IMG/VR virus record: IMGVR_UViG_3300049001_000044
Location: 62,001 to 126,000 of that record
Direction: 5' to 3' (one strand)
DNA: 64,000 nt
Positions 56,144 to 64,000 of this stretch are shown piece after piece. The first letter of the stretch is position 1, and the number at the start of each line of letters is the position of its first letter. Under the pieces are notes generated by a model. The model was given only the letters and a program-made list of their open reading frames with translations, was not told the origin of the DNA and did not search any database. Both the position numbers and the translations under genes were made by a program.

Positions 56144-56334
56144 ATGTATCCTCTTGGGTTACGAACCATCTCCATGATCTGGAGTTGAAGTTCAGTCGGT
56201 GTAGGTGGAGGTGGGGTTGTGGTGTCTATGTAGAAGACCCTTCGCTCACCTCTCACTATCTTGAATATGGGAACGTATGGGCAGTAGAAGTTAGCGACAT
56301 CCATTTCTGTCTGTCCCTTGTAACCAGTAATCAT
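56140..56334 (-). CDS. 64-aa protein combining capsid (gp23)-like and portal (gp20)-like motifs
   Basis: GYKG..EMD...YCPYVP then ERRVFYIDT; translationally coupled on both sides. Confidence 0.6.
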   Translation of the reverse strand: MITGYKGQTEMDVANFYCPYVPIFKIVRGERRVFYIDTTTPPPPTPTELQLQIMEMVRNPRGYI

Positions 56335-56783
56335 TCTAGTCGTCCAATAGTTAGGTGGAAGAAGCGCTTGTTGGTGGGGAGGCCATACGATGAGCGGATA
56401 TCCGCCAACTCATCGCATCGAACGTTCAACCACCAATGGTCCGCGTTGGAGTAGATTTGGTGGGTGTAATCAATCTTGACTTTCCTACCATCATCCCATC
56501 CCCATCGTTCAGGGTTAGGGAGTGTCTCGCCTCGTATAACGGAGACGTGAGCACCCCACTTACTCCGCCAATGGAGAGGGATGTCGAAGCGCTTTTGGAT
56601 CTGCGCTGCGTAGTAACGAGCGATCTCGTCATCTACCTGGAGTAGGAGCCAGTCACCTACGTAGCGAAGGGTGCCAACAACACTGTGCACGTAATCGTCA
56701 CCCTCGCGATCGCGATACGTCGTGACGAGTCTTCCAAAGCTACTTCCTAAGATGAGGGTCCCGTCAGACGTATCTACAATCAT
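56331..56783 (-). CDS. 2H phosphoesterase
   Basis: HVSV and HLTI motifs. Confidence 0.75.
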   Translation of the reverse strand: MIVDTSDGTLILGSSFGRLVTTYRDREGDDYVHSVVGTLRYVGDWLLLQVDDEIARYYAAQIQKRFDIPLHWRSKWGAHVSVIRGETLPNPERWGWDDGRKVKIDYTHQIYSNADHWWLNVRCDELADIRSSYGLPTNKRFFHLTIGRLE

Positions 56784-57316
56784 GTCGAGATGACCTCCGA
56801 ATCGGTGCCTACGGAAGGCGAGAAGGTTCCTGCTGCGATGATCGCGTTCTTGACGATCGTTTCGGCAGCCTCGTAGGTGCGAGGAGTACCATTCAGCAGA
56901 TTAGTGAAGACGCTACCCATTGCGTACTCAGCACCGCTACCAACTGCAGCGAAGCCACGAGTCGAGCGAAGGACGGAGAAGTCCGCTTGTAGTTCCCACA
57001 GTTGACCCTTCACACCGATCAGTGCATTGCCGCCCTTGTCGTGGTCGAAGCTCTTCAGCGCGTCCTTGATGTCAGGGATCAGCACAGTGATTAGCCAACG
57101 ATAGATCTGTTTTGGATCTTCAGGAACGACTGGATCCGGTAGCCCATGCTCCAGCACTTGGCCAAAGCGATAGCTTGAGGTAAAGCCGAAGATGACGCCG
57201 TTCTTGTCAAACACCTTGGGTTGAGTGTGAACGACTTTGTTGTTCCAGCCAGTTCCTTGGATGTCGCCACCCATCAGAACCTTGCCATTGTGTTCGATGC
57301 CTACGATGCAGGTCAT
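56780..57316 (-). CDS. proteasome/HslV-like Ntn hydrolase
   Basis: N-terminal Thr (MTCIVG), K33-like PKVF, AVGSGAEYAMG. Confidence 0.8.
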   Translation of the reverse strand: MTCIVGIEHNGKVLMGGDIQGTGWNNKVVHTQPKVFDKNGVIFGFTSSYRFGQVLEHGLPDPVVPEDPKQIYRWLITVLIPDIKDALKSFDHDKGGNALIGVKGQLWELQADFSVLRSTRGFAAVGSGAEYAMGSVFTNLLNGTPRTYEAAETIVKNAIIAAGTFSPSVGTDSEVIST

Positions 57317-57609
57317 GTAGTCTCCTTAGGAGGTTGAATGAATCCACCGACGATCAGTTCGTCTTCGAGCTGGTTAGCCCATCGAGCGACTTGTGCCGTG
57401 GATGTATGAGGGTCATTGAAGGCCGCCAACATCTGAGTAGCGGTGTTAATGACTGGGAGTTTTGTCTTGGTGAAGAGGTGCGCCATGTGGAGAACTCGGA
57501 CCATGATGTCGTCCTCGAGCTCGTTACCTTCCTCGTAGTATTGAATCCACTGGAGCAGTTCTTCTTGAGATAGAGGTGATGGTGCTGGCATTATTTGTTT
57601 GGATACCAA
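57313..57609 (-). CDS. hypothetical protein
   Basis: ORF. Confidence 0.55.
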   Translation of the reverse strand: MVSKQIMPAPSPLSQEELLQWIQYYEEGNELEDDIMVRVLHMAHLFTKTKLPVINTATQMLAAFNDPHTSTAQVARWANQLEDELIVGGFIQPPKETT

Positions 57610-57769
57610 ACAGCGGTACCTTCCTTAAGTTCGTTTACCCAAGTGTCAATTCTCCATCCCTTCTCAGTGTCAAATTCCCAAAACACTGGAAGAAAGGTTC
57701 TGACGCCGTCGATAGAGACGTTGTATTTTCCCGACTCTGTTGGTGGGTCCATAAAGCAATCAAATCCGT

Positions 57770-58345
57770 TCATAGGACTCCTGTTGAGATGAGATGCAGT
57801 TGTAAGACGATCACCAATGCGTAGGCAATCGCGTGGCTCTTTTTGAAGCTGTACCCTTGCTCGTCCTTCGCATACAGAGTGCGACGGCATACGTCACGTT
57901 GGGCGTTGTAGAGCTTGAGGAATTGCTTCTTACCCGGTCGAATCAGTGCGAGGACGTCTGCAAGTTCTTCCACACTTCGTGGCTTCACAAAGTTGAGGAC
58001 GTCACCATGATTCGACAACTGAAACAGTTTCTTCTGTTCAGTTGGAACCAGAAGTAGCCCCCAGTCGGGTTCGATCTTCAACAGCTCTTCAATCTCTTCA
58101 CGAGAAGAGAAGTGATCGTACACACCCAAGTGCAGCATGTCCACTTTGAAGTAGCCCAGCTTTTCAGCTGCCTCGTAAGGGATGGCTGCGAGCTGTGTGA
58201 CAGGGTCGACAGGGATTTTCTGAGGATAGACACCGCATGGGTGAGGAGCTAGGTAACCGTTCTTCACTAAGCTGGCACGAGGCCAAGGAAAGACAGAGTT
58301 GGGTTTGAAGCTCGTCGGGAAGTCGATGTCAATATCCGCGTTCAT
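57770..58345 (-). CDS. miniature DNA polymerase III alpha (DnaE) catalytic-core protein
   Basis: DIDIDF, HPCGVY, KVDML, ALIRPG, YSFKKSHAIAYA. Confidence 0.8.
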   Translation of the reverse strand: MNADIDIDFPTSFKPNSVFPWPRASLVKNGYLAPHPCGVYPQKIPVDPVTQLAAIPYEAAEKLGYFKVDMLHLGVYDHFSSREEIEELLKIEPDWGLLLVPTEQKKLFQLSNHGDVLNFVKPRSVEELADVLALIRPGKKQFLKLYNAQRDVCRRTLYAKDEQGYSFKKSHAIAYALVIVLQLHLISTGVL

Positions 58346-58527
58346 TGGAGTACAGAATCTTTCTTGATGCAGTAGAAGCGGTCTTCAGCGTTGATGAATA
58401 CTCCGCCTTTGGCTTTGCACTGTTCACGGTAGTCAACCTTCTCGTTGACGTACAAGACGCCGACCACCACGATAATTGGCAGGGCGATGAAGGGAAGAGA
58501 CAGCATGATGCGGTCTAGTATGCTCAT
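58342..58527 (-). CDS. small membrane protein
   Basis: Single TM. Confidence 0.6.
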   Translation of the reverse strand: MSILDRIMLSLPFIALPIIVVVGVLYVNEKVDYREQCKAKGGVFINAEDRFYCIKKDSVLQ

Positions 58528-58556
58528 ATTGTATCCTTTATGAATGATGGGAAAAA

Positions 58557-58958
58557 CTAGGGACCTCGATCTAAGTCTTCATCATCGAAGTACTCGACCT
58601 CATCCCTACTGCAACTGACGCTGCCATTTTGGAAGGTCTTCAGCCACACGTCGTCGCCCATTCCATCTCCTTCACCTACTCCTTCTAGGATGAACTTGAT
58701 GGTAGGGAATGCTTCGCTGATTCTGCGCATGTGACCCTCATGATGGTACCATTTGCAGTTACCGCCAACGCAAGCACTCTCAACGTAGTCGAAATCGTAG
58801 TAGTTCTCTAGTCCGTCAGGCTTGTACTCTGCGATGATTCGTTCGATCACCTCACGGTTGTTGAGGAAGAACCGCTGCACTTCCATCCTTGGGCTGCAGC
58901 GAACTTCTGTCCCACCGGTCTGATCAACGTGCAGCTTGTAGTCAGTGTAGTATCCCAT
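58557..58958 (-). CDS. hypothetical protein
   Basis: MGYYTDY...KWY..M..IS..FP..F.LEG.GE. Confidence 0.65.
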   Translation of the reverse strand: MGYYTDYKLHVDQTGGTEVRCSPRMEVQRFFLNNREVIERIIAEYKPDGLENYYDFDYVESACVGGNCKWYHHEGHMRRISEAFPTIKFILEGVGEGDGMGDDVWLKTFQNGSVSCSRDEVEYFDDEDLDRGP

Positions 58959-59701
58959 TACAAACCCAGCTCCTTCACAATGCTGATAATCTCTTCACGA
59001 ATTTTTGCGTTCTTCTGCAGACGCTCTGCCCAAGTAGAGAACTTGATGATCTTGTCGTACGCCTTCTTCTCCTCATCATCCAACTTTCTAATCAACTCTT
59101 GCGAGGTGACCGAGTGGAAGAGGAACCACGGCGAAATCTTCCGCTGCGTAATAAGGGAGAGCATGCGTTGAGGGCCAAGGTGGTTGACGATCTTGTTGTA
59201 CTCCACCCCTTCCTTGTCTGCCATATCCATCAGGGTCTGGATCGACATCACCACTTGATCGAGTGGCTTCTCACGGGTGTCCATGTAGTCCAAGTACATG
59301 GTGTAGCACTGATCCCTTGTCCATAGATCAGGTGTGATCCCACTGTCGACCATGATTTCGATGTAGCGGTCTGGCTTGCTAATTCCAGCAGTGGCGACCA
59401 TTGTTGCGAACTTCAGAAATTGCTTGTAGTAACGGGATGCGGCGAATGCATCGATCGCTTGGGTCTTGAACTTCCTCACCCGCATCCAGGTGAGGTAGTG
59501 TTGGTATGCAGCTTGACCCATAGGAGAGGCCAGCTCTTGAGCACGAGTCTTCTCCTTGCATGCATGCCGTTCGAACACCACTTCATTGGTGAAACGCTTT
59601 GAGCAGTAGTGGCAGAGCCAGTGCCCTGCCTTTTGCGATTGCGTGATATTCGCATCTTCCAACGAGACACGACGATCCGCGATTGCATCCATGTTAAGCA
59701 T
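58958..59701 (-). CDS. C2H2-type zinc-finger protein of the replication block
   Basis: CHYCSKRF.....H.C. Confidence 0.65.
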   Translation of the reverse strand: MLNMDAIADRRVSLEDANITQSQKAGHWLCHYCSKRFTNEVVFERHACKEKTRAQELASPMGQAAYQHYLTWMRVRKFKTQAIDAFAASRYYKQFLKFATMVATAGISKPDRYIEIMVDSGITPDLWTRDQCYTMYLDYMDTREKPLDQVVMSIQTLMDMADKEGVEYNKIVNHLGPQRMLSLITQRKISPWFLFHSVTSQELIRKLDDEEKKAYDKIIKFSTWAERLQKNAKIREEIISIVKELGL

Positions 59702-60311
59702 TTGAGTATCTTTCTGGGACAATTTCAACCTCCTTACCTGTCCATGCTCGGCCAGGTGTGATTGGTTCCCCTAAGGATTGGTAGAACTTGATGAAGTCGA
59801 CAATGACTTCAGGTGTGATCTTCGGTACATCTAAGGTGACCCAGAGACCTACAGCAACTTTGCCATAGTCCTTTACATCTACTTTAGGCGACACCTTCTG
59901 GGCCTCTCTAGTGACCTCAGGCAATAACTGTTGCTTCAACAGCTCTCTTGCATTGTAAGCTGCAGTGTGTTCGTCCGTAAACTCAAGTCGACCAAAGCCA
60001 GTCTTCTTGTCGATAGGATGGAAGATCAGACCACTTCCTGCTGGATATGGATGCAACTCGTTCAGCTTCGCATCGATGATTTCTTCTACCATCTCCTCCA
60101 CAGCGTATTGCGCGGTGTTGGCTGCGACAGCGAAGTACTTCTTCAGCTTGGTGTGGAAGAACCGAAAGTCAACCCACTGCCAACCACGATCTGGATCGTA
60201 CATGTGGTTGCAGTAGAATTGCCCATCATACGCGCAGTCAGGGTACTGACGCATCAGGTTCTTGGCGTTAATCCACTGCTCTTTGCGTTGCTTTCGGTTC
60301 TTTGCTTTCAT
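59694..60311 (-). CDS. hypothetical protein
   Basis: ORF. Confidence 0.6.
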   Translation of the reverse strand: MKAKNRKQRKEQWINAKNLMRQYPDCAYDGQFYCNHMYDPDRGWQWVDFRFFHTKLKKYFAVAANTAQYAVEEMVEEIIDAKLNELHPYPAGSGLIFHPIDKKTGFGRLEFTDEHTAAYNARELLKQQLLPEVTREAQKVSPKVDVKDYGKVAVGLWVTLDVPKITPEVIVDFIKFYQSLGEPITPGRAWTGKEVEIVPERYSNA

Positions 60312-60426
60312 TTTGAAAATGCCTTATCTGCAGTAAAGTCGTGGAACTTGATCGACCACTTACTATTACAGGTGATGCCCATCAAGGGATGCGCCACCAC
60401 GTTATGGATAAATTCCCACAGCTTCA

Positions 60427-60603
60427 TCATTTGGGAAACTTGGTGACGTAGACGGTTGGGATGCCGAGCGGGCCTGCTTCGCTAGTGAAGGTGTACTCCA
60501 CTCCATCAGTGCCGATCAGTTTGATTTCGTTCAGTGTCTGTGCGTCAACACGGGCGATGGTTACGCCAATCAACTCTTTGGAACCGCGATTAGGGTCGAT
60601 CAT
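60427..60603 (-). CDS. hypothetical protein
   Basis: AAAGGA RBS. Confidence 0.5.
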   Translation of the reverse strand: MIDPNRGSKELIGVTIARVDAQTLNEIKLIGTDGVEYTFTSEAGPLGIPTVYVTKFPK

Positions 60604-60807
60604 TTCATTTCCTTTCAATAAAACCCACGCCAGTCCATCCAACGACGCAATCATCAGAGATGTGCAACGGATATTTCTCATCCTTCAGGAATGGCTCCTG
60701 TTCGATAAGTTTAGCGAGCAGTTCTTCTTCAGTGTCGACTGTGAAAGGAGCAGGAATCTTACCCTCCTCATCTTGCCACAGACTGATATTACGATACGAG
60801 AACGTGA

Positions 60808-61263
60808 TCATTCTTTCAATTCCTTTTTCAGTTTCGCCATCTCGTCCTTCTGCCATCCCAGCGCCTCTGCCATTTCGACGATCTCTTCTGCGGGTGGGAG
60901 CACGGTCATCTTGCGCATCTCCAAAGAGGAGTAGTCGAAGTAGTCTTGCACCACTTGACGCGACAAACTCTTCTTCTTGCTGCTCTTGATACCCAACCAT
61001 TGATAGCGGCGGGATACCTTGCTACTACACGATGCGAGTAGCATGGACAGAAGTTCAGGGTGCTTGCCTAAGGGAAAGATCACCTTGTTGGCAAAGGTGT
61101 TGATGGCCATGATTTGGCGTTCATCACTTGTGCCGGTCATCCATCGCATGATGACGAGTGGAGCAAAGCCCTTCTTCTCGTCATCGCTAAGACGGCGATA
61201 CACCATGTGATCACCGGAGCTGAGCTCGCCCAGCACTTTGAAGATGTCTAGTTTGAATGTCAT
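60808..61263 (-). CDS. putative clamp-loader small subunit (gp62-like)
   Basis: F.P.VIMRW...N...H..L...Y.W; near gp44. Confidence 0.65.
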   Translation of the reverse strand: MTFKLDIFKVLGELSSGDHMVYRRLSDDEKKGFAPLVIMRWMTGTSDERQIMAINTFANKVIFPLGKHPELLSMLLASCSSKVSRRYQWLGIKSSKKKSLSRQVVQDYFDYSSLEMRKMTVLPPAEEIVEMAEALGWQKDEMAKLKKELKE

Positions 61264-61541
61264 GGGCAATATGGCGCAGGTACGCCGAACTCGTGGTCAA
61301 GCCAGTCCTTACCACACTTGGGGCAATTTTCTGTGATTTCTTTGCACTGATTATTTGGACGTTCCTTCAGAATCTTCATCTCATAATTTGGCTCAACAGT
61401 GCGTGGCAAATCATGCAGCATCAGGTCAACGTACGGCTGATACGGATGGACTGGCAGCTTGGAAGGAAGAACGACAGGAGGCATGTCCTTGATCATCTCC
61501 TTCAGCTGCGCCATCAACTCCTCTTGCGTGATCGTGCTCAT
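61260..61541 (-). CDS. hypothetical protein
   Basis: Coupled ORF. Confidence 0.55.
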   Translation of the reverse strand: MSTITQEELMAQLKEMIKDMPPVVLPSKLPVHPYQPYVDLMLHDLPRTVEPNYEMKILKERPNNQCKEITENCPKCGKDWLDHEFGVPAPYCP

Positions 61542-61801
61542 ACGTGCGAGAGGGCAGCGGTGGCCGCCAGAATGTTCATGCGGACTTTGTCGAGCTCGGC
61601 AACTGCGGAGGCGTCGTACCCACTATCGATGTGGCCCGCGGCCTTGTTGATGGCGGCCATTGCAGATGTCAGCTCGGCGATGATCTTACTCGGGGTGGGG
61701 GAGTCGTCGCGCTCACACAGACGCAGGCCCAGCTTTGCTTTCTCGTTGCCTTCATTGGCAAGTTCTTGCAGGACTTGATACAGGATTTCTTCGCGTTTCA
61801 T
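61538..61801 (-). CDS. hypothetical protein (paralog of 35129-35404)
   Basis: LQELANEGNEKAKL. Confidence 0.7.
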   Translation of the reverse strand: MKREEILYQVLQELANEGNEKAKLGLRLCERDDSPTPSKIIAELTSAMAAINKAAGHIDSGYDASAVAELDKVRMNILAATAALSHV

Positions 61802-62709
61802 TGGTTACCCAGTTCGATGAACATTGCAGCCAGATTGATTTCGGTATCGGCCATGAGAGGATGGCGCGACAGGTATTCGGCGATGGTGACGATTGCTTGG
61901 TCTTTGTCCTTCACCTTCATCTTGTCGATGTTTTGGTACAGGAACTTGAACACGTCTTCATGCTCTTCACGAGTGGCAGACTCGCAGACCAACTTCCTGG
62001 CTTTCTTGAAGTCACCCTTCTGAATGCATTCCAGCAGACCAAACTTCCAGTCAGCGGCATCAGCACTCACATCCTTCGCACTTTGCAGTTTCTTGTTCTG
62101 CACATTTTGGGACAGGAGCTGGATAGTCTTGCGAATGTCAGGGTAGCCAACAGCCACGTAATCGCACAGGATCAGAGGATCATATTCCACCTTTTCCGTG
62201 TCCAGCATTTCTGCCATTCGCAGCGCAACCTTCTCTTGGTCAGGGGCTTTGAACGACACCTCTTGGAATCGGCTACGCAGCGGAGGGATGACCTTGTTGA
62301 CGTAGTTGCAGGTGGCGATGTAGCGGCAGTTCTCCGAGCTGTCTTCGATCAGCGAACGAAGCAGAGCTTGTGCATCGAGCGAGAGGTAGTCGAACTCTTC
62401 CAACTGAATCACTTTGAACTTACCCAGTGGGAAGGTCATTGCGAAGCCAACCGCCTTGTCACGAAGGGCTTCGATCTTTTCGTCCGAACATTTCAGCCTT
62501 AACACATCAGACGGATCAATTTGCAGATCGTTGATGAGGGCTTTGGAGATGGTGGTCTTTCCGGTGCCTTGCACGCCGAACAACAGGAGATTGGGAAGAT
62601 CACCGCTTGCTACGATGTTCTTGAAGAAGTTCTCTTGCTTATCGTCCTGAAAGATTACTTCAGCGATAGTCTTCGGGCGATAGCGTTCAACCCACAGCGA
62701 TGTTTTCAT
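61798..62709 (-). CDS. clamp-loader AAA+ subunit (T4 gp44 / RFC-like)
   Basis: LWVERYRP, G.QGTGKTT, LEEFD, AQ.LLR, LRSR. Confidence 0.92.
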   Translation of the reverse strand: MKTSLWVERYRPKTIAEVIFQDDKQENFFKNIVASGDLPNLLLFGVQGTGKTTISKALINDLQIDPSDVLRLKCSDEKIEALRDKAVGFAMTFPLGKFKVIQLEEFDYLSLDAQALLRSLIEDSSENCRYIATCNYVNKVIPPLRSRFQEVSFKAPDQEKVALRMAEMLDTEKVEYDPLILCDYVAVGYPDIRKTIQLLSQNVQNKKLQSAKDVSADAADWKFGLLECIQKGDFKKARKLVCESATREEHEDVFKFLYQNIDKMKVKDKDQAIVTIAEYLSRHPLMADTEINLAAMFIELGNQ

Positions 62710-62780
62710 TTTGATCCTTTAAGTGACAGCGATACCTACCGTACTATTGTAGTACGGAGGCAATCAACTTTAAACTTCAG

Positions 62781-63188
62781 TCAGTCTTTGCAGTCTTCGC
62801 TGATGCGAGTAGGAGGGGTAGTGCCGAAGAACTCAGGATGCTTCGCGTAGTGCGCAGCTCGTTCTTGGTGGTCTTGCTCGAGGTAGGCCTGCAGCGCATT
62901 CACAACGTGCTGCGTCTCGTGAGGGGACATGTGGTAGAAGAGAGTGTCGAGAAGCTTCTTCGCCATCTCCTTTGCATCCTCGCATGTCGCACTGATGCCT
63001 TGTTCAGCAAGTTGTTCAGTGCGCCATAGCCCGGCAAAGGAGTGGGTGATTGACTCATGCGAAGCATGCTCCACGATAAGATGAAAGCGCTCATTCTCTG
63101 TCCGATAGATGAGGTACTCTTCCTTGCCACGCCATGTGGGATTACCGTTCTCTTCGGCAAACTTTTCTAACGGTTGAAGGTCTGTCAT
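62781..63188 (-). CDS. hypothetical protein
   Basis: ORF. Confidence 0.55.
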   Translation of the reverse strand: MTDLQPLEKFAEENGNPTWRGKEEYLIYRTENERFHLIVEHASHESITHSFAGLWRTEQLAEQGISATCEDAKEMAKKLLDTLFYHMSPHETQHVVNALQAYLEQDHQERAAHYAKHPEFFGTTPPTRISEDCKD

Positions 63189-63261
63189 TTCTTCTTCGGT
63201 GGTTTTGGGAACAACGTGCAGAGGATCATCGCCAGCACCATGATCACCATGGGATGGGAGT

Positions 63262-63600
63262 TCATTGATAGGTCTTCAGCCAGCGATTCAGGATTTTCTT
63301 GCACTCTCTAGCTTCTTCGCCCTTCCACGCCTGCATGTTGTTGAGCATGTACATGACTTGAGATTGAACACCTCTGATGCCGAACAGCTCACCATCCTCT
63401 CCTCGACTTTGGAAGGATTTCGTCATTGCATGGGCGTAGGTCAGAGCATAGGTGTTAACGCTTGCATTCAGCATGGCGATTCGAAGGGCGTCGATGACTT
63501 CCTTGGGCACCTTCGCCTTCGCAAGTTGCACGGCAAGTTCGTCGCTCATCATTGGGCCAGGGCCTTTGTTCTTGCCCTCTAGTAGTTCATTCACTTTCAT
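63262..63600 (-). CDS. putative head-packaged protein (MKVNELLE)
   Basis: GGAG RBS then MKVNELLE. Confidence 0.6.
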   Translation of the reverse strand: MKVNELLEGKNKGPGPMMSDELAVQLAKAKVPKEVIDALRIAMLNASVNTYALTYAHAMTKSFQSRGEDGELFGIRGVQSQVMYMLNNMQAWKGEEARECKKILNRWLKTYQ

Positions 63601-63601
63601 G

Positions 63602-63811
63602 TTAGCTCCAGCATAGTCTGAGTTTGCGCTTGACGATCTCCACTCCGGCGATTTCACGTGGATCGATCCAAGCAATGTTCTGTTGGTCTTTCTTTGGCCA
63701 CTTGATGTTGTAGCCCTCTTCACCGAACTTCCAGTCGCGGACGTTCTTAGTGACGATGGTGCCACCACCTTTCAGGATAATTCGTAGGTCGTGCAGCTCT
63801 TCAAACTTCAT
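63602..63811 (-). CDS. hypothetical protein
   Basis: GAGGA RBS. Confidence 0.6.
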   Translation of the reverse strand: MKFEELHDLRIILKGGGTIVTKNVRDWKFGEEGYNIKWPKKDQQNIAWIDPREIAGVEIVKRKLRLCWS

Positions 63812-64000
63812 CTTGTCCTCTTATTTTGGATTGCCTACAACGACGGGATCAGCTTGAGCTGGCTCTTCGATGTAGTGGTTACGCAGTCTAACGGAATGGT
63901 TGGAAAGCGTGGTGTTGTCGGTAACGATGTCAGCATTGTAGGTGCTTACATCTTCAAGCGCACTACGTGGAGTGGACAGAGCGATGACATCGCGGCCGTC

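Noticed and set aside
1-64000. Stop-codon reassignment (alternative genetic code)
   Set aside because: Recognisable genes are full length under the standard code, and no suppressor tRNA is seen.

Overview
The window is a 64-kb segment of a large T4-related (jumbo) myophage genome. It is densely coding and almost entirely on the minus strand. The left end is a tRNA cluster (Asn, Lys, Glu, His), followed by accessory and anti-defence genes: NAMPT plus NMNAT-Nudix NAD salvage, a PurA-like enzyme, vWA proteins, a Ter/TelA cluster, NADAR, an ADP-ribosyltransferase, RNA-repair enzymes and a CCA-adding enzyme. It also carries DNA ligase, clamp-loader subunits, a miniature DnaE, H-NS, a late modification cassette (2OG oxygenase, two PP-loop enzymes, S8 protease) and about 10 putative head-packaged proteins that share an N-terminal MKxxELxE-type leader. 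The strongest candidate for an undescribed system is a ribosome-coupled attenuator in front of the tRNA array. It consists of a late promoter, a 43-codon leader peptide using 19 of the 20 amino acids, and mutually exclusive antiterminator and terminator hairpins, which together could switch on phage tRNA synthesis when tRNAs are depleted. Other notable items are three atypical tRNA-like RNAs, a 64-aa protein that appears to be a capsid/portal-motif chimera, a structured 5'-UTR motif shared by both NAD-salvage genes, a phage-specific promoter class (CAGTTTTT-N18-TAnnAT) and a dispersed intergenic repeat family. All functional calls come from motif recognition by eye, and no database searches were run.
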